DNA of 64,000 bases from Marsupella aquatica (GCA_973895155.1 OZ316896.1:21457643-21521642), one strand, 5' to 3'. Shown: positions 49,141 through 64,000, counted from the first letter of the stretch. Translations and numbers: made by a program. The notes: generated by a model from the sequence alone, not told the origin.

Positions 49141-50520
49141 GCTCCTCCTCCGTAACTATACTTGTAAAATAATAGGCACCTTGGCTAATGTTTAAAAACA
49201 AGAAAATAATGGCTGCTGTAATGGCTGCTATAATGGCTGCTGTAAACCAAAGCAAGCACGAGGGGCGGGGAGCTCGTTCTACCGACGATCAACCATCGAT
49301 CGGTGTGCGTCGACCGAAAAAAGAACAGGTAGAGTGCAAGCTTGACAGAGAGACGAGCGGCATCGCCAGGAATATCTCCCAACTCTTTCTACGGTCATTT
49401 CGTCGACGCAGAACTGTTGTGCGCAGACAGAACCGGAGCATGAACGTCTGTGGAGTGGAATAAAATACACTCTCTTGCGGTCCGATTGTTTGGATCTTGG
49501 CCCATTCTCGTTTCTGCCATCGTTGTCGTGTCCGTGATTTGCCTCATGTGGTGCTTCGGGAGCGGTATTTGTCTCCAGAATGCGAGGTCTCTGCTTTTTG
49601 TTACTGAGATTGAGTCCGTGACCTACATTGGCGAGGAAGGCCTTTCAAAGTGGCTACTTGCTCTGTCCCCACGGAAGAGGCCCTGATTCGGATTCCTGAG
49701 TTTCGATCGCAATCGGCAGACAGTGTGACTGGTGCCTCGCGTCATTTGCTGTTTCTAGCGCAAAGGCCGGGCGGGGAGGAGTTCTTCGCCTACGGTGCTG
49801 GGAAAATTCACGAGAATTCATTTTGTGGCTAGATTCTTTGCCCGTCATTTTTTTTCGAGCCAAATTGCGGTAATTCACGAATTGTGAGTTGAAGAAGAAT
49901 TTAGATGCGGATCTAAGAGATCCGTTTGAGTTGGCACGCGGACACTGACTGCCAGATAGAATTCCTGGCTCATTTTGCATGTCCTTTCTTTGGTGGCTAC
50001 ACTACAGAGATTTGCAAAGAGGCTTGAATTCCGTCTCTGCATGATATTGCTTACAGTAGTATGAGAATATTGTTGTACAGATTTGATGTGCCCGGGATGA
50101 TCAAGGAATGAGTCCTAGTTTGTGGAGTGACGAAAGGTAACAGATCCCGATGATGCGATGACTTTGTGTCATCTGACAACCTTGTAGACCCTTGATTCCG
50201 AATGCTTTGGGGACAGATCTGTGATGGCGGGCGCTGGGAGGAGATCCTCATTTTTATGCGATCTCCAATGTCGGTTTTATTTTGGCTCTTCTCGAATTGT
50301 AAAGATCCACACATTGGTGGACATTCTTGGAGCTAGGGATGGTGGATTTTGAGATTGGCAGGGTATTCCAGGCCATTCGTCGCCTGGCTGAGGTGAGGCT
50401 GGTTAGAGAAAAGGCATACAGCATCTCAATTTATCAGCGAGTTGATGTCGCAGGGAGGTTGTGGTTCATTGGGAGTTGCATCATTAGACCACAATAGGGG
50501 AATTGTAATACAAGAGCATA

Positions 50521-53500
50521 ATGGAGCATTCCTCAGGAATGTATCAAATGACAGTTCAGCAGAACATTGCTCCTGCTCCGAATGAGGGCTCCAAAGTTGT
50601 GGACTGGCTACCAAAGTTTGCTGGGTTTAGCTGGCTGGCATATGGGGCCCACTTTTCTGTTGTCATCAGTATGGCTCCGTCACCTTCAAATACAGGGGAA
50701 GTTGCCATGGGAGGGTTCTTCAGGCAGGTTCTTTCCACAAATTGGCCAAAGGAGGACGAAGAGGGGACACAGCTTGTGAGCAGTGTTGCGTGGGCTCCTA
50801 GGGGTCTTTCCATCGGCTCTCTGGCAGCAGCAGCAGGGAAATACATATACCTCTATGATCCCAAAGGATTGAATAGTGCTAAGGAAGGCAATCAGGGCTC
50901 CCCAGGTGCTCTCCTGTTTTGCCCTCATTCTTTCTTGTTTTTCAACATAATGGCCGAAGGAAAACATAATTCAAATACCGAAAGCAAACCTCTATCATAA
51001 ACATCAGTCCAAGGGATCGGCGAAGATGTGTAAGGACGCACCTCCAAAAGCATTCTTCTCGATGCTCGATATCTTTTTTTCTAAATGTGCATTACTTTTG
51101 TATCCGAGTGTTTTCTGAGCAGCTTCCATAAGTACTCTGAATATCTCCCTTCTTTTATTGTGTTGTCCCCTATGTAGTAATGCACTTCAGAGAAGTTTCC
51201 AATTTAGTGGATCCCTCTGCCATCTGCTGTCACTATCACATCGAAACATGCACTCCGTGCAATTTCTATGAATGTTATGTATTTGTTTCCTATCGTCTTT
51301 TCTAACTGGTTTTTATAGATTGACTTATTGGATTGATTGTTGGAGTTTTTGCAGAGCTACCACTAAGATGGGTGAAAACCCACGTACTGGAACATTTATC
51401 GGATGTTCTGTCGTTCTCATGGAGTGAATCAGGAGATGGTCTGCTCTCTGTTGGACTGGAGATCGCGATGTGGCAAAAAAGTGAAACCGGCTGGAACTGT
51501 TTGTGGCGATCTCAGTTAGAGCAGCCACAATCTCTCAGTGCTGCATCCTGGTCTGCAAGAGGTATAGCTGCCACCGCCGAGGGCCCCAGTGTGACACAGA
51601 ACGAGGCAAGTGATGCAGATCACTTGGTGAAAATTTGGTGGTGGGAAGATGGAAAAGAGTTGCTGGAGGTTGACCTAGCACATCCCGATCAGTTGCTTAT
51701 GATTCAATGGAGGCCCATGAGAAGTTTTCGTTCAAGCTCTCAGTCGCTTAGACCGGTACTTCTCACATGCTGTCGGGATGGTGTAGTGAGACTGTGGGCT
51801 GAGATAGGTAATCTCGGGTTCCCACACGCAGGGAGTACTAGCCTAGCAAATGTTGACACCGCTACCGTTACGGATGAAGTAGGAAATGGTTACGAGAGTC
51901 AATTCAAGTTAGCATTTTTTGTTAGTGCCGTCATTGATGCAAATAGCACTTTGATTGGTGTCCTAGGCGAAAACATCCATATCACATGGCCTGAAGGAAC
52001 GGGGGGCGGTTTGGAGATGTCAAGCAGTGACAGGGATGAAGGCAGCGGTGTCGTTAATAAGGAAAGTGAAGTTGCTATGAATGAATGGCTGATAGGAATT
52101 GGTCCGTCTGGGTCTATCACATTGTGGTCAGTACAAAGCCTAGATGATCTCTCCCCTGCTCGAGGCCCCCTTATTCAGTTATGGCAGCAGAGGTCAGGTA
52201 TACTTCCCCTGCCATCTGTGCCTTTACAGGGAAGCAATGTTAGTACTGAAGTTCAAAGTAGTCCTCAAGCAGTAAGGGTTGTGGTGCATAGGCCACATGG
52301 CACATTTTGGGGACCACCTTCTTCTCTGGATGTGGTCGAGATATGGTCGTCAAGTCTTCTTCGGTGGTCCTCTATATGGCCACCAGTGGCAGCTGTTGGG
52401 GGTCCTACTTCAAAAAACACTGCACCAAATTTAAGTGCAGGCAATATGATAGCGGCTAGCGGGAAAATGAGTACTTGGGGAGTTTCTAGCGAACTTGTTG
52501 TTTTAAATGGCCATAATGGCAACGTGGTACAAATAGCAGTTCATCCTGTTGCAGCTGTAAGACTGGTAGCATCCCTAGACGACCAGGGAGCGATTCTTCT
52601 GTGGGATACACAGGGTTCTCATTGCAGCCCGAGATCAGAAATCACTGGATGTTTAAATCCTCTTTGGAGACATTCCGGTCAACTGTCAGGCCATCGAGTT
52701 GATTGTACCGGACTATTCAATTCGATGGCATGGGCACCAGTGGTACTTCCCAGGGACGAGACCCTGCTCCTTCTGTGTCATTCTCATGGAGTGGATTGCA
52801 CTTTGATTTCCAAAAAAATATGTGCTTCAAAGAGCAGATCGAAATCTTTTTCAATATCCCACACTCTCCTATACACTCTTGATTGGCCTATGTCAGATGA
52901 TAAATGGGGTTTGCAGGGCATTTATACATTTCCCTCACATTTAAAGGTTGCTGATAGTCCTTACCTGAAAACCTGTATAGCTGTAGGAGTAGGTAGTAAT
53001 GGATTGAAGTTAGTATCTTGGAAATTAGAAATGCAATTGCGCAAGAACAGGAAAGCTATGCCAGGCTCAAGTCCAGATCTCCAAGAGTCAGATGTGCGGG
53101 AGGAACAAATCGTCATTGACGACCTCGCAAAGAGTTCAGAAGATGTGGTTCCTCATGATATCGGTAAACTACCAGCCATTGAAGTTCAAAATGTGCTCTT
53201 AGAGGTTTGCCTTCTTGGAATTTTAAAAGTGGAAACTGGAGAAGAGGTCACATCAATTGCTACTACGACCTCTGAGCACTTGTTGGATGGCCGTTCAGGA
53301 AATCTTAGTGATTTTAGTGAGGTCTGTGATGTAGTTACTGGGGGTGCCGATGGAGTGTTAAGGCTGTGGAAAGTTAGGGATGGAAGTTCTGTAAATTCTA
53401 TGCTGTCTCTAGAGAAGGCAGGGGGTTGGCACTGTGTGGGGTTACTAAGATGTCATCGTGGACCCGTGTCAAAAGTCGCCATATGCAGCGGTGCATCAAA

Positions 53501-56500
53501 GATTGCTTCTTTTAGTGACGAGGCGCCGGAGGTCATTTATATTTGGGGAGCTGATACTTTTCACGAAGAACGGGGTTTTTGCTTGGAGGAAAGACTTCGT
53601 CTCTCAAGCGCTGCTATCTCGTTCTGTTGGTTGGATGGTGGAAATGGTCTACCAATATTGGGAGTCAAAAGCCAAAGGAACGTACAATTATTTGCTGAGT
53701 GCAGAGAACAAGCCTTGAGATCAGGTAGGGGGTTAAGTCCAAGCTTATCTGAAGGCGAATTTTGGACCTGTCTGGCATCACTCTCTGCCACAGGTTTTAG
53801 TTCAAGCACCTTGTCATGGGAGGCCCAAGGGTCTTTGATAGTGACTTTTGGGGCCCACATAATTCTTTACAGCAACTGTGTTCTACCAATTGCCTCCTAT
53901 TCTCCGGCATCAGCCAGTTTAGAAGCATGCCAGACTTTGACTAGTGGCGGAGGTCAAGCATCCAACTCTAGAGATATATCAGCTTATGAAGCACTTCTTG
54001 CCAAAGGCGATAACACCTACATTCAAAGTTCAGTGAGGCTGGATAAGGATGGGAAATTTGATGGAGCTGATCAAGGCCCCTGCAGTGTCTTGGAGGCTGC
54101 TGGAAGGATTGGGTGCCCTCTGCTTGACTACCATCCCACTGCTCTACTGTCTTGGATATCTGGAGGTCAGTTTGACATCTTTGTCCTCTCGTTTTCGCTG
54201 AGAAAACATAGGCAAAACTCACCTTTCGTTTGCGATTTCCTTCAAGTCCGTCCCAGGATTTTGTGACTTCAACGAGCGTCGTTACCTTTGTGTGGTTTAC
54301 ACAGTTGGAGCTGTGAATTGGATGCAGCTAATGTGTTCATCAGCAAAAGATCTGCGTGATATTCTTTGGTTTTTCCGGGTTTAACTTCGTTAGAGTGTCT
54401 TTGTCCTTTTTTGGTTGCTTCTTGATATGTTTCATTTCTAGTTTGTTTAGTTTTGTTTGTTTTTATTTTAATTTTATCTGAGAAGATTTTTTAAGTTGAC
54501 AGTCATGTATGTTTGGCAATGGTTAGCGTACTTTGTGGGCTTCTCTCATCTGTTCGATCTCTGGTCATCAGGCAGCAGACATATTTCCCGTGCCTCGATT
54601 CGGCATTTGGCATCCTACTTGCTTGCTTCATCAAGTTCTTCCAACCTAGCAGTTCACAAAATGGTTTCCAAGGCTGAGTATGAACAACCGAACCGACAAG
54701 TTTCTCGTACACCACTTACTGAACTTTTTCAAGGGAGAGAACAATTGTATTCCCTGCATGGACAAAATCCATCGCCAATCTTTACACAAAAGGAACGGGG
54801 ACAATCAGAAACTGGAGGGTTGCGGGGAAGCGTTTCTCCATTTTCAAGAGCGTCGTTCGTGGATTTCACTGCTGCATTGAGTCTTGGCTACAAGGAAGAA
54901 GAGCAGAATGCTGTCATAGATCCCAACTCAGTGCTAAAGAAGGGAGGGCTTGAACCCTACACAAAGGTGGAGGTTGAGATAATTTCAACCGTGGTGAGAG
55001 ACAGCTTCATGATTCCTGGTTTATCAACCGATGAGAAACTTCAGTTGCTCGCTATCATTGACGTGCTCTCGGAGATGGATGGTGTTGGTCAACCATCACA
55101 AATCGATGGAATTGATCTACCTGGACAAAGGTAAGGCATGAGGTGCTTGAGTTCCATCAGGTGGGCTATGCAGGCCTTAATGCCGTTTTTCCGGAAGAAT
55201 CTTGTGCAAGGCTTAAAAGAATCATGTGAAGGGCTTCAGGCGTACTTCCTGAATCATGCCAGGAGTTCATTCGTTCAATTTTTAAAAACGCACTTGTACT
55301 GGGGTGAATGGCCCTCTTCCAAGTTTAAAATTGTGAAGGTGACCTGTAAACTGCTTCTCTATTGGACCTGGCCTTGTGTAAAGGTTTACTTGGTTATAGA
55401 TTACCAGAGTTAAGGCGTATAGCTGTCAGGATCTTTCTCTTCATGATCTCTAGTAGTTCAGTTTCCTACCTGGTGTAGTCATCCCAGATGGTCACACGTG
55501 GTGGATATCCTGAACCCGTGAAGTTAGACTCAGGATTTTCCAGAGTGGGCGTTTCTGTCCTGGCTTGAGAGAGGTATTAAACTATTTGTTGCTTGGCTTT
55601 TGAAGGTTTTGGCTCGCATTTCGTTTTTCTGTTCTTTATGAAAAGTGGAAAAGTAATGGGTCGGATACAAGGATGCTGATGATGGAGTCAAAGGCGCTCG
55701 CGTGGGCTCTTCAGTCAGAGTTTAAAGAGAATTTACTCAGCCTTTGCCTTTCAGACCAGTCTCTATCGTGGTCTGCCATGCGCGCGTTAGGCGTGGGCTA
55801 TTGGTTTACCGATAGAACGGAATTACGGAAGATGGTAAGAAATTCATTCATTTCTCCATTGCGTTGTAAAAATGTAGGAGAGTGACTAAGGTAGCTTTGT
55901 AGCATTGCACCGCGCACAGCCTTGATAGCTGGCTCCTCCAGACACATGTGTCATATATTGGCTGATCGTATTTTTCTCTACGATTTTGTAATATTTTGTC
56001 AAGGACTATAGCATTTAGACGAGAAAATTTTGGATCAGAATGTGTAATCAGCTTACCAGTAAATTTTTTGAATTGGCTTATTGGTCCAGGCGTGACTTTC
56101 GGGGTATGAGTAAGAATTCATTAATTCTCTGTTTAACATTGATGATCCTCTTATTAAACTTTTCCTAAGTTCTAAACGTGATGTCTTAGTTTTTGAAGGT
56201 CTTTGCTGACTCTGTTTAACATTGATGATCCTCTTATTAAACTTTTCTCAAGTTCTAAACGTGATGTCTTAGTTTTTGAAGGTCTTTGCTGACTATTTTG
56301 CAGATGGAGAAATTGGCGAGGGCTCAGTATCTGAGAAAGAAGGATCCGAAAGACTGTGCTCTGCTGTATCTAGCTCTAGATCGTCGCTCCGTTCTTGCCG
56401 GTCTATTCAAGCTGGGTAGAGATCAAAAAGACAGGCCAATAACCGACTTCCTCTCCCGTGATTTTAAGGTTTGACTCGGTCACCACCTTTCAAATATACG

Positions 56501-59500
56501 AGTTGGGCTTGTGTTGAAACATCAGTTGAAATTGTTGTTTCAATATTTATTTGCTTTCGGTGATCTAGCCTCCATTTGACACCTTCAACATGAATGGGTT
56601 TTCTGTTTCAACAACTTGTGTTTGAGGAATGATTGTTCTGACTCTTGCAGGACGAAAAGCACCAAACGGCTGCTCTTAAGAATGCATATGTGCTGATGGG
56701 GAAGCATAGGCATGAGTTGGCTGCCTCCTTCTTTATTTTAGGTGGAGACGTTAATTCTGCAGCTGTCGTCTGTGCCAAAAATTTGGGTGACCCTCAACTC
56801 GCTCTGGTCATTTCTTCACTCTTGGAAGGAGAAAATGGACCCATTGGGCGAGACATTATTTTGAAGTATGCGCTCCAAGCCGCGAGGGATACCCAAGATC
56901 GTTGGCTGGCAAGCATGCTCCAGGTGAGGCACCTATTTGATAATGGACATGTTTGTTGCAAATTATTTCCAAGGAAATATGTGTCATGTTCATAGAATAT
57001 TAGCTTAGCTTTCTGGTCATTGATTTGTTATGGTCCTGGCAGTGGGTGTTAGGCAAAGGGATCGAAAGTGTTGAAGAGCTAGTCTCAGATGACTATCGAT
57101 CAAATATGTCCTCGCAAATGGACAAGGGGTCTTTAAAGGAATTGAAAATTCCACCGGCATTCCCTTTGGATTTCGATATGGGAAGATATTGTGAACTATT
57201 GGCATCCAAACCTCGCCTACGAAACAGTAAACGTGCAGCAGAAGCATGTGCTTTGGCTGTAATAGCCACTACAAGGTCTGCTGCAGCGATGAAGAGAACA
57301 GGGCTTTCGGTGAGTGCACTCATCCTTGTCAATTCACGTGTGCTGAATTTTTTGGGCACGAAAATCATATTTGAATTTGCCAAGTGCCAAGAGGTATTTG
57401 TTTGTCAATTAAGTTCCGTCTTTGCAAGAAGAAATCTGTGATTTGTTGTATTTGTGTTGCGTATTGTCAAGGACGGTTGTTCTCAAAGGAAATGGAGTGG
57501 AGGCAAGGTTTACAATAGCTCAAACTACCATGGTTTATTCGACTGTTTATTGCGGCTACAGAGCTGAGATTGAGGCCTTAAATTAGAAGTTTTAATAAAA
57601 TAATAAACTTAAACTAAAATAATCAAATGTTCTGGTTTGTAGTAAAATCTGAAATTTTTCCACCTAACAGAACTTTACACCTATAAAGATTAAAGATTAC
57701 CTCATACCTATATGGTAGAGCAGCAAGTGCTCCCGTTTTGGGTTTAGGGTTTCAATAAACAAATTTCTATCAGAAGTTGAGTACATCAACTGTATTCAAG
57801 GCAACTAATCAAGGCATGTGGTTTTACAGCTACAAGTGCTGGAATATCTGCAAGGTGGTAGATCTATCAATTTTGACAACTCTGGCAGTGAAATTACCAG
57901 TGGTTTATTGAGTGATAGCACTGCCAGTTCAGCTACTTCTCCTCCCAGTGATTGCCCTCTCACAGATGTCAGCGGGAGGCAAGTGGGTTCTGGTTGGGTG
58001 TCAAGGGAGGTTGTTGCTGGAATCTCGGGTTCAACAAGGTTTAGCTTAGCACTGCGCTGCGCATCGTTACTTCTTCAAGACCATCCTCGTTGGGGTGGTC
58101 AAACTTGCAGTGCTTGGCAAGATCCAGTGATTTCTGGGATAGTGTCCAAGCAATTGGGAAACGGGAGCAGAAGTGGAAGTTCGAGAGGCCAAAATCATGA
58201 AGGCACTATATTGGATAGGTCGGCAAAGCAAATTGACCTATCGAGCTATTTGGAAGCAGCAGATAAGGCATATAATGATGATGTACAGTTTCTGAAGCAG
58301 TATTCCGTCAAAGTTGATGGAGTTGTTGCAGCGGTATGTACGTCATTTTATCTAAGCGATGATGTTATTTTCCTTTGTGAGGGAGAGTTTTGGAGAGTAT
58401 TCGTGGAGCTTCCGGTCATGCTGTGTATTCGAACTCTTGTCTGGTTGTGCTGAAGGATTTTTCTAGATAGCTTGCAAGGATTTGAGCTCCTCTCACTTCA
58501 TCTCAGTGATTCGTTTGTTTGCGTTAGACAAGTAACCGCTGTCTTGTATCATTGACCAATGAATTTGCTTCATGCTTACACGTCGGTCACATTTGATGGA
58601 TAACACCTTGCAGTTGAGTACATTTTCCCGCATTCATCACCGTCCCTACCTTCTTCATCGTTTAGTTAACGGATTATGGAACTACATCAACGCCCCAGAG
58701 CTCGGTTTCCGTCTTGCAAGTCAAGCTGAAATGTCCATTTCAGTAGCTCAGTTTTTGGAGGGTTTTGGTACTGAGGCACCTCGTGTCCTAGCATGGACTG
58801 TTTTATCTTGTGGTGGCGCGGCTGCTTCTCAGAGTGGCAGTTCGGAAGCCTTACAAAGTAAAGATAAAGAGACTCCAGTCAAGAAAGACATTGCGAATAA
58901 AGGTGGTGCTCTGCCAACCTTTTCATTTGAAGAACTAGTACGTTTTGGTGGGGAGATCCAGTTGCTGACAAAGGCGGCCAATCATGAAAACTCTCGCTAT
59001 GTCAAGGAAAGGGGCACACGAGCTTTGTCCCTTTTGTCGTTCATCTTCTTTGTAGCGGCTGCTTGGCTGGGACGGCAGACTAAAGCTCTCTTGAAGCTCA
59101 TCGCGCCCACGGTGATTGACCCATCAACAGCTCCTAAAGTCCCACAAGGAGAATTTGATGCGGTATTGTGGTTCCGTAGGCTGGAATTGGAGGAGAGGGC
59201 TCTAGATGGTCATCGTCCCGGAAAGAAACCTGTGGAGCCGGTTGGTTTAAACATGGCAGGAACTGTAACTATACCTGTTGATGATGCATGGCGTGTACTG
59301 GGAGTCTGTCTATGGAATCATCTTCTAATCTATGTCAGGAAGCAGATGACGGGAATAGCAAGTGAAGCGTCTTATAGTGGTTTTGGTCGTGTATCATCTT
59401 CCCAATCTCAAAACACTCTGAAACAATCAATTCACGGTATCACTTCTCACCCTCAAGCATCAGTGACTTCCAACATGAAAGGGGCCACCTTTTTGGGTTT

Positions 59501-60335
59501 CAATCTCCAGGCATCGGCGCTATCTTCTACGTGGCTGGACTTTAAGAGTAAAGTTCGAGAGAGTTACCAGACAGTTCCTGCGAGTGATGACAGGACGGTA
59601 GGGGAACTTGGGGCGAGTTTGGGTAAGCTTCCTGTTCCTGATGGAAACTTCTCGTCTGCAGCCGATACAGATGATTTTGATGTGGCACTATTGGGTACCC
59701 TCACCTCAGTTGTTGCTGGACTACGGAAGCAACTTGCGGCTCACTTGGAACATTCTCTGGACAAGTCAGAAGCGGACCCCTTAACCCTATGGCTCTGGGG
59801 TAAACTCCCAAAACCCTCTCCTACAAGTTCAACTAAAAAGCCTACGGGAGGTAGTTCGTTGAACTTCTTCAATGCTTCAAGTTCAAACGGACAAGTGGGA
59901 GTATCGGTGACAAGAACTGTAAATGTCTATGCACAGTCACAGCCTAATCTTTACCCCACTGGAGTTATTGGAATGGAGGAGAAGGAATGCAAGGACCTGT
60001 GGGAGTTATTGGTCGTTCGTGAAAAAGTATGCTCCGCACTGGGATTGGAAGGCGTCAGTGGGCAAAGAAGAAAGCAGGAGAATAACAACATGTCGGTGTG
60101 GTATTCTGGAACAAATGCACGAGGATCCGCCACCAAATTCGGGGATGTTGGTAGGGGTGTGAATACGAGTTGCAGGATACCTCCGAAGAGGATCATGTGG
60201 AATGCCGTCAAAGGTGTATCATCATCTGTGTCTGATCAAGGTGTGATTCTGAGCTCAAGGCGTGAGGAGCAGAATTCTCAGTCCAGATCTCGGGCACCAG
60301 AGGATGGTCTTCATCTGAGTGAAGAGTTTTCTGAG
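50521..60335 (+). CDS. Rav1/DmX-like (rabconnectin-3, RAVE complex) WD40 protein, 5' part; exons 50521-50905, 51355-54165, 54572-55130, 55606-55834, 56304-56468, 56651-56923, 57043-57309, 57830-58333, 58614-60335
   Basis: DWLPKFAGFSWLAYGA N-terminus, WD40 repeats, Rav1p_C motifs EKLARAQYLRKKDPKDCALLYLAL and AALKNAYVLMGKHRHELAASFFILGGD; all nine exons join in frame at GT-AG sites; C-terminal exons not found in window. Confidence 0.9.
56127..56294. repeat. 83-bp tandem duplication in Rav1-like intron 4
   Basis: CTCTGTTTAACATTGATG...GGTCTTTGCTGACT at 56127 and 56210. Confidence 0.92.
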
Positions 60336-63300
60336 GTAGTTTTTTTAACAATTATATAGATAATCTTCTGCTAAAGCTTTCCTCTAGGATATAATGCCTA
60401 GCGGATCTTCTACCCTGCACCTCCGCCTTAAGTTGAATAGGATGAACGTGGAGAGAGTAGTGCTTACAGCTTCTTCATCCCACGAAAACGAAGCCCTGCT
60501 GAACCGCAAGTTTTTCATCAGGTCTATTGTATTCGTTTTCAGAGAGAGCATAACCTTGTCCTGTTCAAGGTCTAATAATCTAAATCAGTAATACACTGTT
60601 GGCAACCACACCAAACTTGGTCAGGCTCGGTTAGATTGTCTCGATACGTGTATAGGTCTCATCTTTCAGGAGTATGATCAAACCTTACCCTGGTTTCCCC
60701 CTTGGTAGAATGGCCCTTCGTTCATAAATACGGAAATAGACATTGTAGTTACAAAGATTCACTAAACGAGATCGTACCAGCCCTCAAATTTCTCAGCTCC
60801 CTCGCTAACCTGCTACCACATTCATGGCACGGGTACATGACAAGTTTGGTGGCGATTTCAGGCTGGTCTTGACGATCCCTTACCAACAGTAAAGGAGTCA
60901 CCACTCCCTGGAAACCTGGATCAGCTGCATGGGTGAAGACATCTGTGCGCTTAAGCTCCTTTAGAGTGACTCCGTGAGACAAAGATCTCGCAGATTCTAT
61001 ACTCAAGAGGTGAAAGAGATCCCATTCTCTTCAAGGAATCATCAGATTGCTGTGTTCGAGCTTTTAACAAAGCTCCAGATCAGCTCATGTTTACATCACC
61101 CAGAGTATGAACCATATGAAGGTAGATATTATTGCAGAAGCCTCGTTGTTTCGTGTCAAGTACCTAAGTTTCCCTTCGTTTCTGGAGTGATGATCTTGGG
61201 ACCCTTTGTGGTCAATGCAGTGGGAGAGGTAAGTGTGGTCGGGCGATCTATGCTTTTTACTTTTGTTTATGTAGAAAATCTTTGTCCAATCCGTCTGAGA
61301 TTCATGAAAACTTTCATGGAACTCCATCAAAGGAGCTGACGCATAATTGGTAGCCAATGATATACATTGTCAGTGCCTGCTTTGTTTGTTTTGACTTGAA
61401 GACAGTAACATGGCTATGTCTATGGATGAGCTTCAGACCATGATGGGAATCCTGTGTTTATATGTATTGAAACAGTGGGTTGATTTGCGAGGCCACTTCA
61501 GATATCCAATTCCCTTCTGAGAAGGAGATATCCAAGGTTTGTTTTCGACAGCTTCCTGAATGCATGAAGTTAGGAATCGATATCTTTCGAGTTTACTTAC
61601 TAAATGATCTACCTTATCTCCTCAGTGATCCCTAGGGAAGCAATCTTTGTGTTTCTCCCAGTCTGCCGGTAAAGACATAATGTAGGCCCTTTTACAACAT
61701 CTTTCCCTCTGAGAAAAGAATTATGTTGGAAGATGTTAGCCATCTGGAAAATTCAGTCCTGAGAATTGGACTGAGCACCGTGTTTTTACACCTATATGTA
61801 ATATGCTCTAATCCTAATATGCTCTATTTCTCTCAAATTTGTTGTAATCATTTATCTTGGTTTTGCAGTTAGGAACGTTCGTATTGAAGTGATGCAGTAA
61901 GACACATATTTCTTCTCAGGTAATATTTTGAGGGTGATGATGATGTAGTGTAAGGGGGAGAAGTGCGGGGTAGCAAGTGGCAGTCGACGCTTATCAAACC
62001 GTGTTTGATGCAGCAGGCTGCCCACACAATGCCGTATCTGTTGGAAGGCCTCAGTGCATTACCAAAACAGCAGAGGTGTGTTAGGTCCTCCACTTCGCCC
62101 TAATTTTTCTCGCTGTAATCTTGAAGTTGCATCCGTTCTATTTGACGAGTTATCTTTGATATATAGCTAATCGCTGGGGATATTTTGATGCATGTGTTTC
62201 TGAAGGGGCCAGATCTCTAAGTTATTTCCAAGGAGGGCAACCGATCATATTGCCAGGTGGGGATTGAAAGACCTTAGAGGTCTGCGAACATTGGAAGATT
62301 TTATTTCTCGTGCTCTGGAGTTGAGAGTTTCCTCTTCATCCTCTCATAGGCTAGATCCCGTCTTCGTTTGTTATTACATAATAAATAAAGCAAAAAATAG
62401 ACTGTTGCGGACAATGTTTGCAGTATCTCTTCTGACTGAGCCGTAGTCAATAAAACCTTACTCCCCCTGTATTTTGAGGAAATGAAAGACTGGATTATAA
62501 TAGATGTTTCAGCCTGCGTTTTCCTAATTCGTGAACCTAGGCAAATTAATGTTTAAATAGATTTTGTTGTGAGTTTTAGACCTCTTCTTCGAGACCCTGA
62601 TTGAGGACGTGGAAACTTTGTGCAGTACATGGTGATTGTAGCCACGCTCCTGACGACCTTCGCGCGCACCCAAAGAGACATGATATGCAGAAATGCTTTG
62701 GTAACTGGCAATCCCTCTGCATAAGTGTTTTCATCTCTTTCAAGGAGCAATCGATCCTAGAGACGTAGTTTCGAGGTCTCATATCATGAAGGCATAATCA
62801 AGGTTTACAGAAGAAATATGTTTCACGTGGACTCCTGGAGACAAAGCTTCAATGATGTTCTCGGTGGACAGAAAGCTTCACGAATGAAAAGCTTCTGAAC
62901 TTTGGGATGACAAAAAAATATTTCCAGTGTCCAGAATGCAATTGAACAAAATCTTCTATTGAGACGTCACTTGTACTTGGAAATTATGCTCCTCCAAGGA
63001 TCAAATCAATGGCGACAACATGGAACAGACCTGCCACTGTACTTGCGATCCGAAGTAAATCATCTCATGTTGATTGGTCAGTCTGTCCTATTAAAACCAC
63101 GTGCTCTCCTCTTCTCCGATCTCTTATTGTATATTGTAAGCTTTGCATGACTTTCATGAACGGCTCTTTTCAGAGCGAAAGTAATTCCCCACAAAACAAT
63201 CCATCTAATGTGCACACAGACAAGGAAGGTTTGAAGCAGCCAATCTCATTCACGGGTTTTAGTCACAACGCATGGAGCACAACCGGGAACACCGTTTACT

Positions 63301-63857
63301 TAGAACCTTGATGAATATGTCCCCTACAAGTGACGAGACAAACAGTGGTAATTCCAAATCTTTGCGGAATTTTACAAAGCCATTGTTTTTAGAACGCAAA
63401 ACACAATCTAATTGATATTTGGATCCTTCAGCTTGGACATCATCGTTGGTCAACCCGCAGCCACAGCATCAATACTGAACGCCAAGGATTTCAAGAAGCA
63501 GGCAGGTTGCCTTGTCACCGTCATTCTGCTGTATGGAGTCATGGCGCCAATGAAACTTTATTGCAAGAAAACTCTCCAAAACCAACCATCATTCAAGAGT
63601 GAGGGTGCTAAACCTTATTGCAAGAATGCTTTCCATAAACCGTAACCATCATTTTGTAGAGAGGGCGCCAACGAATTCTCTCCAAATCCGAACTACAAGT
63701 CTTTTCTGCATAATCAATTCTGGACTGAAGCAGCTCAAGAAATCTTTTTGAAAGGACTCCAAAACGCTATTAGCAATTATGCACAAGTCAAACTTGAGCG
63801 TGAGGTCTAATGGAACGTGGGCCCTAAGTAGGTGGGCTGGTGTCAAAACGCAGTTTC

Positions 63858-63880
63858 AGAGAGAGAGAGAGAGAGAGAGA
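63858..63880. repeat. (AG)n microsatellite
   Basis: Direct reading. Confidence 0.95.
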
Positions 63881-64000
63881 TTTATCTCTGCTGCGAAGAT
63901 TTAGCTTCGAGCCTCCCAATTGTGGGGCCCAAGGAATTGATTCAAATCGAGTAGAGCGCATCCATGATCCGAGAATTATCTCTGCTGCGAAGATTCCGCT

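Overview
Eukaryotic land-plant DNA (GT-AG introns, type-D nsLTPs, DUF538 and Rav1/DmX-like genes); the gene and repeat style suggests a bryophyte, probably a liverwort (inference). Host genes: two intronless, fungal-type MFS transporter paralogs (2124-3743, 36040-37659) inside a segmental duplication, two convergent lipid-transfer-protein genes, a DUF538 gene and the first nine exons of a Rav1/DmX-like WD40 gene. The standout is a ~13.6-kb TIR transposon (~4512-18132) inserted behind MFS copy 1, with the empty site visible behind copy 2. It carries two divergent, now-decayed genes. One is a Sola1-like DDE transposase with three Tnp1/En/Spm-like N-terminal repeats. The other is a spliced cargo gene that appears to fuse a ParB-like domain, a beta-class N4C/N6A DNA-methyltransferase-like domain and an FCP1-type phosphatase domain. 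About 16 copies of a 17-bp palindrome (CTCGAGATCATCTCGAG) are scattered through the element, and their polarity flips at the divergent promoter. Three unrelated non-autonomous elements with CCC...GGG termini and perfect 8-bp TSDs are also present. All domain calls are by motif recognition, not database search.
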